From contig OX597829.1 in assembly GCA_951406725.2 (NCBI GenBank), positions 21,452,001 through 21,516,000 of the forward strand: a stretch of DNA of 64,000 bases. Reading direction: 5' to 3'. The notes beneath the pieces are model-generated. The model searched no databases, had not been told where the DNA came from, and saw only the letters and a program-made list of their open reading frames with translations. The translations under genes were made by a program, and so were the position numbers. The DNA comes from Octopus vulgaris. Taxonomy: Eukaryota. This document shows positions 13,170 to 25,106 of the stretch, one piece after another (the first letter of the stretch is position 1; each line of letters opens with the position of its first letter).

Positions 13170-13173
<4 letters not shown>
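12951..13173. mobile_element. Tc1-like MITE
   Basis: TA-caggattgggcaaaagtcacctgacagta ... tactgtcgggtgaccttttagccaaccct. Second copy at 24879-25106. Confidence 0.8.
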
Positions 13174-13217
<44 letters not shown>

Positions 13218-13360
13218 TATTTTTTGATAATATATTATTATTATTAATATAAGGAAACCAATACTAAAACTTCTCAGAAAGATATACCCGTGTGAAAGTA
13301 GTTGCTGTATTAAGAATACATAAATACACACACACACATGCTGTGCGTGTGTGTGTCCCC

Positions 13361-13741
13361 CACTTGTAGAAATGAGAAATGGCTTTAAAGGAAGGGACGT
13401 AATCAACATTAAGTTTATTATTACTATTGTGCTCAGTGCATTAGGTGACATTTGTAAAGGGAGATAAGCAAGTAACGTAGCAAAAACATCAAAGACTTCC
13501 AACATGAAATCTTCCAAACCAAATTCAATTTTTAGTTGAAATCAATTTTCTTCCTTTATGACATTAATATACTTATAAAAGAATATAAAGCTTCGGATTA
13601 TCCTCTTCAGCATAAACTATAACGTCATATAGTCAGATAAAACATAAACGATGTTGATTTATATACAAATGTAACAGAGAATAACAAGAAAGCTCACGCA
13701 ACCATTTTTTCTTTTAAAGCCATTTCTCATTTCTACAAGTG
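13361..13741. mobile_element. Unclassified MITE with a perfect 29-bp TIR
   Basis: cacttgtagaaatgagaaatggctttaaa (13361-13389) and its exact reverse complement (13713-13741). Confidence 0.75.
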
Positions 13742-14518
13742 AACAATGTAACTGGTAAACAAATCATCAGATGTTTGCTTGCTTCTAGTTTTACAACATG
13801 TGAAAATGCCAGAGATTTTAGGGTCAGTGACATTGTTGAGTAAATCAACTGACTTTTATCTCTCAGGAGTAATAAAAATAAGAACCAATTATTAAAAATA
13901 GAGTTGATTTGAGATAACAAGGGAGTCTCAGAAATAGCAGTTAGATTTCTCTGAAATTATATTCTCTCATCTTAAGAAGGAAAGATACACAGAACAATAT
14001 ATAAAGAGACTGGATAGTTACATAACTATGATACCTCTGAAGATAGGTCGGTTTGATCAAAGGTGACCTGGAACTAGATAGCTATTGTTGCTTCAAGCCA
14101 ACTATGGAGCATCACACTTGGATGTTTGATTTGTTAGAATAGTAACTTATTCTCCCTCAAATTATACCCTGTTGATTTAGAAAAGAACACATAAGATAAT
14201 ATGGTTCTGGGGGAATAAAAAAAACCTTGTAGGTTGGAAACATTTTAGTTCATATTCTGAAATACAATTAGACAATAACAACTGAAGATATATTCCGTAG
14301 CAAACAAGCGGAAGTTTTCATCAATGAAAATCAATAAAAAATTTGTAACTGAAGTACAAGGCCAGCCAGTTAATTAAAGCCAATCACAGTTCTCCAATTG
14401 ACATTTTCCTTTTTATTGATCCTGGAAAGATGAAAAGGTGAAGTCAATGTGAGAACACAAACTAAATGCCACAGATTTTGTACAATGGTTCATCATTGTA
14501 TTGCTCTCGTAATAATGA

Positions 14519-14706
14519 TTCCTGACATTGTAACAGGGTATATCTTAGAAAAAGAGGTATGGAACATTGAATTGATTCCAAGTATATAGCTAGCACTCAT
14601 TGAATTGATCCCTTCCTGACATTGTAACAGGGTATATCTTAGAAAAAGAGGTATGGAACATTGAATTGATTCCAAGTATATAGCTAGCACTCATTGAATT
14701 GATCCC
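14519..14706. repeat. Perfect 94-bp tandem duplication
   Basis: ttcctgacattgtaacaggg...cattgaattgatccc at 14519-14612 and 14613-14706. Confidence 0.95.
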
Positions 14707-15570
14707 CAAGGGATCAACTGAATTGTCCCTAAAGGGATAAAAGTGTAAAACTGACTCCCAACAGCATTTAATATTGATTCTTATCATTTTCGTAAACAAA
14801 ACTGAAGGATAATAATACTGAACACAAATCTAGTACTGACATATTAACTCCAAAAGCAAAGTTGACATCAGTAGGGCTTCAACATTGACCCAGAGATATA
14901 TAACGGGATACTGTAAAGTTGAATCAAGCTAAACAGGACTATGAATTCAAGATCCAGGGACATAATTTCTAACTGCAGTATATTCAGATATCATGCCAAA
15001 GCAGACATCATAGTTTAGAGCAATCATTTGATTCATCGAATCCTCTTGAACTGTCAAACCCATGTTAGCATGGAAGATGTATGATAAATGATGATGATGG
15101 TGATACATGTAGAGCAATGCATCATTTCCACAGCACTTTAAACTATTATCCAAGCTAACTCCACATTTGCGAGTGAAAATAATATAGCTAGCATCAAAGG
15201 TTATCTTTCGTAGGAGGTCTGAAAGTAAGGGAGAGTGGAAAAGGGGATTATAAACAGGAGTAGTGAAATGGTGGTGTTTTGAACATTTATAACTCCTTAG
15301 CATTTAAACCAGCTATATCTGGCCCTGATATTCTATGTTCAAACTGGCTGGTTCTGGCCTCTCACTTTTATCCTACTATGTTGTTATAAAAACTTAACAA
15401 TCATGTCATTGAAACAAGCAAAGCTTTGAGATTATTCATGATTAATTCAGAACATTCTGAATAAATAAGCCTTACATTTTATAGAATAATTTGAATTTTA
15501 AAAGGATAAATAAAGCAGAAATATTGTTTTATAAAAGCATAACAATTATAATAGTATGACATAGTTTATA

Positions 15571-16354
15571 GGTGCAGCCGTGGCTGTGTGGTAAGAAGAG
15601 TACCTCCCAACCACATGGTTCCAGGTTCAGTCCCACTGTGTGGCACTTTGGGCTAGTGTCTTCTACTACAGCCTTGGGCCAACCAAAGCCTTGAGTGGAT
15701 TTGGTAGATGGAAACTGAAAGAAGCCCGTCATATATGTATGTATATATCTATGTGTGTACGTTTTTGTATCTGTGTTTGTCCCCCACCACTGTATGGCCA
15801 ACCAGTGTTGGTATGCTTATGTCCCCATAACTTAGTGATTCAGCGAAAGAGACCAATAGAATAAGTACTAGTCTTAAAAAATAAACCCCAGGGGTTGATT
15901 TGTTTCACAAAAATCCTTTAAGGTAGTGCCCCAGCATGGCCACAATCAAATGACTAAAACTGGCAAAAGATAAAAGGTTACTCTTTACTTTTTTACTTGT
16001 TTCAGCATCAGTTGTCAAGCGATGTTGGGGGGATAAACACAGACACACAAACATACACACACATATAACAGTTAAAAACACCACCATTATTGTATTATGC
16101 ATGCACAGAAGTGTTTGTTTAAATAAGTGCTCCTGGCTTAATTACGCATGACTCAAGTTAGAGAAGGGGTGCGTATTATACACAAGGGGTTACATATATA
16201 CGACGGGCTTCTTTCAGTTTTCATCAGCCAAATCCACTCACAAGGCTTTGGTCAGCCTAAGGCTATAGTAGAAGATGCTTGCCCAAGGTGACACGAAGTA
16301 GGACTGAACCTGGAACCATGTGGTTGGGAAGCAAGCTACTTACCTCACAGCCAC
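15571..16354. mobile_element. Tail-to-tail inverted pair of SINE family B (plus 15571-15980, minus 15981-16354)
   Basis: Full plus-strand copy directly followed by an internally deleted minus-strand copy that carries a foreign insert at about 16060-16187. Confidence 0.85.
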
Positions 16355-16368
16355 ATATATATATATAT

Positions 16369-16917
16369 AAGCAATAATAAATCTCTGAACGAGGTATAAA
16401 GAGTAACTGCATGACAATGTGAGGTATATCTGCCATCTCAATATGGCTAGCCAGTAAGGGTGGGTGTTACTGTAGCTTGTAGCCCCAGGAGAACATCTTC
16501 TCCAGCTGGCTATTGACATACTTTTTGTGCCCTATCGGTATTTGCAAAGGGAGGTCATCCTTCCCTCGTCAACCTAAGTGATACGCACGGACTGAAGTTT
16601 CTGGGTATTGATCCATCATCAGCGCACGACAATCACCGGTTTTTGATGGAAGGGAGTCCCAATGCAAATATTAATATCCTTTTTCCAGTAACTTTACGTC
16701 ACTGATCTCGAAAAAGTGTATACAAGCAATGATAAATCTCTGAACGAGGTATAAACAGTAACTGCACGACAATGTGAGGCATATTTTCCATCTCAATATG
16801 GCTAACCACTAAGGGTGGGTGTTACAGTAGCTTGTAGCCCCAGGAGAACATCTTCTCCAGCTGGCTATTGACACACTTTCTGTGCCCTATCGGTATTTGC
16901 AAAGGGAGGTCATCCTT
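16369..16917 (-). mobile_element. 355-bp-period partial tandem repeat carrying a hammerhead (retrozyme/PLE-like)
   Basis: Direct repeats 16369-16562 and 16724-16917. Minus-strand hammerhead at 16585-16627. Confidence 0.7.
16585..16627 (-). ncRNA. Minimal type I hammerhead ribozyme
   Basis: Minus strand: gugcg CUGAUGA ugg-aucaauac-cca GAAA cuuca GUC cgugc. Complete core, GUC cleavage triplet, stems I/II/III pair. Confidence 0.8.
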
Positions 16918-17400
16918 TGGTATGTGGTGAAGCAACTTTTTGCTAAACCCTTAATTATAGTTATAATTATATATATATGAAAAAAACATTTTGTATAAGT
17001 TTTTACAGAATATGGTTCTTTTCCATACCAAAACTACTTGGTAAAATTTATTAATTATTTAAATTAATAATTTTTTACCCTATATCTGTAATGATATATA
17101 TATATATATATATATATATAGATAGATAGATAGAATTGCAGACTGGATGAAGATGTCAGCAGGAGGAAGCCCAGGTGTTGTGACCTGGATGCAGTCCAGC
17201 CCTCTTAGAGTGCAAGAAGTTAAGGGCAGGAACACTTGCCTAAGTGATAATTCTTCTCTGAATACCTTTGGTTATTCAGCTCTCTTGAGAGTTTCTTCTC
17301 ACTTGGTAGAATTTGAATTAAGGCTGTCAGAAAAATTACTTGTATTCTACCTAACATTCTAATGCTTCTACCAATTCATCTTACAAAAAATATTACATAG

Positions 17401-17442
17401 GGCAGCAGTGGGATATGAACTTATGCTTCCAGAAGACTGATG
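17401..17442 (-). pseudogene. Degenerate tRNA-Leu-like 3'-half fragment
   Basis: ggcagcagtgggatatgaacttatgcttccagaagactg resembles the reverse complement of a tRNA-Leu acceptor/T-arm/variable arm. Many mismatches, no full cloverleaf. Confidence 0.3.
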
Positions 17443-17514
17443 AAGAAAAGAATGAATGTGAACTGTTGAGACAATTTTTCGATTTTTCCACCTCAGTGAG
17501 ATATTTCCCTGATG

Positions 17515-18047
17515 TATTGGGTTGTCCGGAAAGTTCTTACCTTTCGACTTATTTTAGAACATGGTTGAGTCCATAAAATAGGATTTGACTACACCTCCAT
17601 TTAGAGCACAGCTTAAGCTATCTTTTCGTGGAAGAAGGTTTATGTCCTTATAACCTGTGTTAATTCTGTAACCCTTTAAAATGGAAGATAAGAAAGTTCA
17701 TTTTCGGCACTTTGGGAACCAGATGAAAATTGCTGCAGCTCGGCTGGGATGTGTTACTCCACCCTCCATATTCACCAGATATTGCTCCTTCGGATTTCCA
17801 CTTATTCAGAATAGTCTTAATGGTAAAAATTTCAATTCCTTGGATGATGTAAAAAGATACCTTGATGAATTCTTTGCAATGAAACCACCTCAATTCTGGG
17901 AAGAGGGTATTTTCAAGTTAAAGGACAGATGGAGACGCATTGTAGAACAAAATGGTTCATATTTGGTTGATTAAGTGTAATGGCAAGTATTTATTGACCT
18001 TTTTCTTTCCTTTAAAAATCGGCACAAACTTTCCAGACAACCCAATA
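17515..18047 (+). mobile_element. Internally deleted mariner element
   Basis: TA-ttgggttgtccggaaagtt ... aactttccagacaacccaa-TA. The ORF at 17681 joins an N-terminus (MEDKKVHFRH) to a frameshifted HPPYSPDIAPSDF region and the C-terminus (FWEEGIFKLKDRWRRIVEQNGSY). Confidence 0.92.
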
Positions 18048-19204
18048 CATTAAATGTGCAAAGTATAGAAGTAGTTTACACATCATTACAGTTGTGCCAC
18101 TGATATATGAAGGGTTAGGAATTCAAAACACTACTGAGCTACACTTTATATGTTCATTAACTGCTAGAAACAGCAGGCAGATCTCTATTGCTAGATGGTC
18201 ATAAGTGTAACATTTTTTATTATAGTTACATCTGACTTAGTGAGGGAGAGAGAGAGATAGACTTATACACACTCGTATGGAATTCAGAGTAAATGGTAAA
18301 AAATATATAAAGAAGGGATTTGGGAAGAGTTATTTCAGAGATGATAAAATTGGTCATTAGTAAGTGTCACTAATGATAGGAATAAATGCCAACAGGAAAA
18401 TTTCTAACTGTTATAGTTTAACAAAGGTTACCAGGGTTTAAGGAGAGAACAGGAGTGGGGGTTCTTAATGATTAAATATGGAAACAATCTTTGGACATTA
18501 TCAGAGCTGAAGAAAATTAGGGAGCTGGCTAGTATAGAGCCATTCTTCCTCTCCAGTTAATAAAACACACACCAGTTATACACTGGTGTTCACTTGCTCT
18601 ATGGTGCATCTTCTCTTCATCTCCCAAATGATTTCTTGCATAAGACACTTGTAACCTGTTGTGGTCATGAAATCTTAGGTTATATATTTTGAGTGAGTGA
18701 GCCTAAACCAGGAAAAGCTAAATTATATCATACCAGCTGTCATCCATGGTGGACCAATCCATTTGAGTTTAGTGTTTTTGTCGCAGATGGAAAAATATGA
18801 AATGCCATCTCCTAGCTGGCTACCTCTAAAATCTATAGCCAAATCATCATCATCATCTAATGTCTGTCTTCCATGGGTTGGATAATTTGACAGGAGCTGT
18901 CTGGGTAGAAGACTACCCCAGGCTACTGTCTGTTTTGGCAGGTTTTTTTACAGCTGGCTGCCCTTCCTAACACCAATCACCCTGCAGACTGGACTGAGTG
19001 TTCTATGTGGCACCAGCACAGGCAAGGTCAGTTTTGGCATGGTCTTTACAGTTGGATGACCTTCCAAATGCCAACCACTTCACAATATGTTTCAAAGCCT
19101 AAATCTGACTATGGACCATGATCACAGTTTCTCCCCAGCCTTACAGCTACAAAAAACCCTGTTTCTTCTCAACTGGCAATTGCTACTCTTATTAGTCCTG
19201 TAAT

Positions 19205-19701
19205 TACCGTAAATCCTCGAGTGAGTATAATACGCAGGGGATTTTTAAGGGTCTGTACCTCTGAAAAACCTAAACCTTGTGTATAATACGCACCCCTTCT
19301 CTAACTTGAGTCGTGCATAATTAAGCCAGCAGCACTTAGTTGAACAAACACTTCTGCGCATGCGTAATACAATAATGGTGATGTTTTTAACTGTTATATG
19401 AGAATGTAAATATGTTTGAAAATTGTTTTTGTTACATGTTATTCTGTGTTCTGAATACTTTTATTTTAATAAATGTTGCTTACTGCAAGTTATGGATGAT
19501 TCTTTTATGACTTTATTGCTTTCAGGCTTAGCTGAAGGTATTTTCGTGCCCGACATCACAAAATGTGTCTGAATAAACATTGCTGGACAGCAAATAGAAA
19601 CTCGGACAATGCTTAGAAAATATTTTTCATTTTTAACCTAGGGATTTTGACCGTTAAATTTTGGGGGAAAAAATGCGGATTATACTCGAGGATTTATGGT
19701 G
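19205..19701. mobile_element. Non-autonomous Tc1/mariner-superfamily (Tc2/pogo-like) element
   Basis: TA-ccgtaaatcctcgag...tataatacgca and tgcggattatactcgaggatttatgg termini, with a subterminal gtataatacgca repeat. Confidence 0.75.
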
Positions 19702-22524
19702 TTGCTCCTTGAGATACCTCAATAACTCTCTCTCTCCTTCCAACAGCCACATTTAAAGGAACTATTCCTGTGCTTTGATGGTAAACTGAATTCATCATCT
19801 GGACCTGAAATGTTTCCAGTGTTGCAAGCATTCAGGTTGGGTATCTGATTTGAGTATGTCTATCTTCCTCCTATTTTAGAAGTACTGAAAGTGCTATGGT
19901 CTTCCTCTTCTTATCAGTGTGCATGTGTGTGTGGTGGGGAAACTATTATTGCATCAAGAACTTCTATGTTGTTAATCATTTGAACTGCTAGAAACAACTT
20001 CCTCCAGTCCTTTAAAACACACTATCATCTTTAAAAATAAATGAGTCAATTGGTTGCCTGAACTAAGAATAAAATAGTCATATCTAGAACTTTATGGCTT
20101 CTGGCTGAGCAAATTACTTAGTCATCATGTATTCCATTATTCTTTTATTTGTTTAAGTTAATGGATTGCAGCCATGCTGGAGCACCATCCTGAAAAGTTT
20201 TAGTTGAACGAATGAATTCCAGTTTATTATTTATATTTTTCTTTCAGTCTGGTACTTATTCTTATGGTCTCTTATACTGAATCAGTAAGTTATAGGGACA
20301 TAATCAAATCAACACCATTTGTCAAACAGTGGAGGGAAACAAATACAAAAACACAATGTGCTTCTTTCAGTTTCTGTCTACCAAATCCACTCACAAGGCT
20401 TTCAATGGTTGAGGTATTTAGTAGAAGATACTTGCTCAAGGTGCTATGCAGGGGCACTAAACCTGGCTAGGAAGTAAATTTCTTATCACACAACCACACT
20501 TATGCCTACTGAATACTTTTATTTATTTATTTGTGTTTTTGATACTATTGAATCCAACATTTCTCATCAATTTTACTATCACTTTCTCACGGGCATGGAT
20601 TGGATGGGTCATTGTCCCAAGTTAAATTATTATTCAGGATGGCTACCTCTCTTGAGGTCCCATTTTTGGCTTGTTTCTACAGCCAGAGGCCCTGCCTATT
20701 ACCAGCTACTTCAGAGTGTTGCAAGCATATTCTGTTATGGTCCCGGTATCAGCAAATAGGAGTGAAAATGAGGAAAGATCTAAGTGGGTAACTAAGGAAA
20801 ACAAAGAAAATGCACAGAGTGACTAAATGATTTAGGAAAGAGAGAGAGAGAAAGAGGGAGAGTGTCTGCACATGGTCACTTATATGATTGTTGGTATGGA
20901 AATTCAAAACAGAATTCTGAGTGAGGAAGATGGAAGTCAACTATGAATGGTAGTGGAGGGAGTAACATATGCGCAATCAATAATTATCAAGACATTGACA
21001 GTGAGAAAAAAATTACCAAAATGGTCTTTTGAAGTATCCATATGAAATTTTTAAAGACTAGTATCACTGGAGAACTGCTTGCAGCCAGTTAATTTAATAA
21101 TTCAATGTTTGGAAATAGCAATACTCTATCAGCATATATTACAATTTAATGAATCTAAAGATGATTACAGAATATTAGGTTCTATGTGGAAAAGGGTAAC
21201 AGCTGGTATCTATTAGAATATGATCTTGGGTTCAGTCCCACTATATGACATCTTAGGCAAGTGTCTTCAACTATAGCTTTGGGCCAACCTGACCAAAGCC
21301 TTGTGATTGGATTTGGTAAATGGAAACTGAAAGAAGCTTATCACATGTATATATATGTGTGAGTGTGTGTCCCCCACCATAGTCTTACTATGAGTAAGAG
21401 TGCTTTCCACCTGGTGCAGTATTTTGATTTTCCAGTTCCTGTCAAACCAGCATGGAAAATGGACATGATGATGAAGATGCACATCCCTTTACTGAAATTA
21501 ATTTGTAAAGGATTAAAATCTTTTTTCAATATTGAAAGAATTCTATTTTAAATAACTTTAGCACAAGATCATTGGGGAGAAAAAGAAAAAAAAAACTAAG
21601 AGGACAGCTGAATCAACCTAGACCTGTATATTGATTTCAGAATAAAACTGAACTCATAACAAAGCTAAAAATATATTAAAAGACCAATTGTAGCACTATC
21701 ATTTCCGCCACTTCATTATTATTAAGTTGGTATTTTCTCAAACTTTGCTGAGGTCAACTTTCAGGGTAAATAAAATAAGTACCAGTTAAGCACTGGGGTT
21801 CAAAGTAATGAACTTACCCCTTTCCCTGGTTTTGCTGGCCTTGTGCCAAAATCTGACATCATTAAGCTGGTGTTTGGAACATAAATTGACATCAAATTTT
21901 GACAGAAGGTTATAGTTTAGATCACTTTTAACCCTTTTGTTACCATATTTCTGATGCAATACACTGGCCTTGTTTCAATTCATTTTAAAAATAATTTTGC
22001 AATTATTAAGCTCATGTTTGGAACACGGATTAACATGAAATTTTCATGGATGGTTTTAACTTGGATTGCTTTGCTTTAAAACATGAAGTCTCTACCATAG
22101 AGGCGAAGTGATCTTGGGTAGGATGCAATATTAAGAGTTTAAGTAAATGACTTTCTAAGATATGAGATGTCTCTTTTTCCTTTTTCTTCAATTTCAATTG
22201 ACAAGCTTTTGAGAAGGATGGAATGCTAAGTTGACCTCCAAAAATATTTGAACTTAAAACAAGGCAGTACCAAATTAGCTGCAATAAAACTTTTCTAATA
22301 ATGTTCTATTGCTGAATGGTGGGTGTTAGAAAAAGGCATCCAGCTGTAAAAATCCTGCCAAAACAGTTACAGAAGTCTGGTGCAGGACTGCCTGGCCAGC
22401 TCTTGTCAAACCATCCCAGCCATGATAACATGGAAGGTAGACATTAAATGATGATGTGTCAGCCAATTTGTTTTCAAAATATCCTAATTGATGGCTAAAG
22501 ATTAAATTTTATACAATATGTCAT

Positions 22525-22893
22525 CTTTTACCGCTTACTTGTTTCAGTCATGCTGGAGCACTGCTTTTAAATCGAACAAACTGACGCCAGGACTTATTCT
22601 TTGTAAGCCTAGGATTTATTTTATCAGTCACTTTTGCTGAACCGTTAAGTTATGGGGATGTAAACACACAAATATCGGTTGCTAAGCGATAGTGATGGGG
22701 GGGGGGACAAACACAGACACACATTTGTATATATGACAGGCTTCTTTCAGTTTCCGTCTACCAAATACAACCACAAGGTTTTGGTTGGCCTGAGGTTATA
22801 GAAGACACTTGTCCAAGGTGCCACGCAGTAGGACTGAACCCAGAACCATGTGGTCAGTAAGCAAGCTGCTTACCACACAGCAACTTCTGCACC
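22525..22893 (-). mobile_element. tRNA-derived SINE family B copy
   Basis: Reverse complement of the 9785-10243 family. More diverged copies near 20140-20507, 21200-21390, 24690-24845, 26505-26690, 50440-50610 and 61884-62160. Confidence 0.85.
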
Positions 22894-23104
22894 TATTACA
22901 ATCAAATTTTTAAAAATATATCTGCAGTTCAAAAGTGTAAAAACAGACTTGTGATGCGGAAATTTTTGAAAAACTAGGAGTAATAGTGGTATTGCTTTCC
23001 ATCTTCCCATCTCTGTTGCCATTGCCACCAGACTAGCGAGACTGATGCAACTACAATTCAGATCAAAGTTTGTAGGTAAAAAGGAAAAAGAAAATACAAG
23101 TATA

Positions 23105-23497
23105 TCTATATATATATATATATATATATAAAGCTGAAGTTGTCTGTGTGTGGCAGGTTTGGTAGCCTTCAACTAACACTATCTACTCCGAGACCCTGTG
23201 GCGCAAGTTGACCAAAATTGAGAGTATGATAGAAGAAGGCTTGCTCTTCATTCAAATCAGACCATGTTAACACCAAAAATTATTTACATCAAAAAGGTGC
23301 TTTTTTTCTATGAAAATCCCTATTTTTTACAACTTTTTGACTGCTGTGTCACCATTTCACAGTGTATTTCAACCAGAAAAATGTTCACTTAAAGAGAATA
23401 ACAAGCTACATAATGCAAAATTTTTACTTTTCAAAAATTCCAATTCTAAAGGGTCAAAAAGAAAACAAACCCAAGCAATGCTGGTCTATACTGCTAG
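23105..23497 (+). mobile_element. Non-autonomous Helitron
   Basis: 5' TC(TA)n-aagctgaag, decayed 3' hairpin, CTAG end, inserted between A and T. Same family as 43271-43659. Confidence 0.8.
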
Positions 23498-24878
23498 TTT
23501 CAGATAATAATTCTGAAAAGGAGAGACTGGCAGGGAAAAGTTTAGAGTAAGATCAAGATGATTCAGCTAGGAATACAAGAGAATGGTTGGATGGGCCGGG
23601 GTGAAAAGACGGCAGACAGCAAATTTAAACAAGAAAAAGCCGTAACAGTCGCAGTAGAACAGAGAGAAGAAACATCAGTGTTATACTATAAATGTTCCCT
23701 AAATTTTTATACACAACAGGTTGTGTAAGGATATATAGAAATGATAGTGTACTGGACAAAATAAATGCTTTTAAGGTATTTAACTCTGTACCCTTTCATT
23801 CTGAGTTCAAACATTGCTAGAGTCAACTTTTATTTCATAAACATATACAGGAATATATAACCTTTGTGAGGCAGAATTGACCGAGTCATTAGTATTGGAT
23901 AAATTAATCTTGTAGTTGTTCTCTACACAGAATTCAAAATTCTGCTGATGTTGATATGCCTTTTATCCTTTTAGGTGGGTGTATGATGTGTGATGTGGAT
24001 AAAACAAATGTATCAGTCCAGAAGAGTCGATGGGTAGAATTGTTAGAGCAACAGGTGCGATGCCTTGCAGAATCAGTTCTAGCTTTCTGCCATCATCATC
24101 ATTTAATTCCATGCTGGTATGGCTAAGATAGTTTGAGAGCACCCAGTGGGTCTGAGGATTACATCATGCTCTGGTGTATGCTTTGGCACAATTTCTACAG
24201 CTGGATGAATCTTCTTAAAACCAACCACTTTACAGCATCACACTGGGGTTTTTGTTTCTTTTTCACACTACCAGTACAAGTGGGTTCGCCATGCAGCTTG
24301 AAAAACTATGAACTAAGTGGAGAGGGAGAACTTCATGCTCTGAATTCCAGATGTCCTGTCACCAAAGACAATCTCACTTCTATCAGGAGCTGGGGCCAAC
24401 AGATACTATCAGAAATTTGAAGAACCTTTGGGAACAGATTGGTCCAATCCAAAGATTGACTGACACTACAACATTCTCCCTCAAAATCTGAGCTAGAGCC
24501 AATGTATGATGATACATCACCATCTTTAATGTCCACTTTTCCATACTTGGAATTTGTTGAGACAGATTTTCTACAGTAGGATGTCCTTCCAGTTGCCAAC
24601 CCTATCCTGTTTCCATGTGAAGTAATATTTACTCGATGGTCAGACGTGTTTTCATGTAAGATTCGAAACAAAGGCCAACTATCACTTGATGGGTTTCTTT
24701 TAGTTTCTGTCAATCAAATCCACTCACAAGATTTGTTCAGTTGCAAGCTATAGTAGAAGACACTTGAACATGGTGCTACACAATCAGACTAGACGCAAAA
24801 CCATGTGGCCAGGAAGCAAATTTCTTACCACACATCCATGCCTATGCATCTCAGTGTGTGTGTGTGTGTGTGTATATA

Positions 24879-25106
24879 CACAAGGTTGGCCAAAAGTCAC
24901 CCAGCAGTAAATCATAATTCCATAAATATCTGTAATTCTGTATTGAGTCAAATGGAAAAATGCATCACTCAAGAAGGACTTCAGTTTGAACAATTTTCAT
25001 GTTGTTTCATATTTAGATGCTTTTAATAAATTCATTCAATTGTTAAACAAGTAAATCTTGGAATTAAATAGTTTTTACTGTCAGGTGACTTTTGGCAAAC
25101 TCTGTA
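24879..25106. mobile_element. Tc1-like MITE (second copy of the 12951-13173 family)
   Basis: caaggttggccaaaagtcaccc ... caggtgacttttggcaaactctg-TA. Confidence 0.75.

Noticed and set aside
13584-13614. Minus-strand CUGAAGA-gga-uaa-ucc-GAAGCUU hammerhead-like string
   Set aside because: The core lacks one A of GAAA, stem I is weak and it lies within a TIR element. It may be chance or a dead relic.
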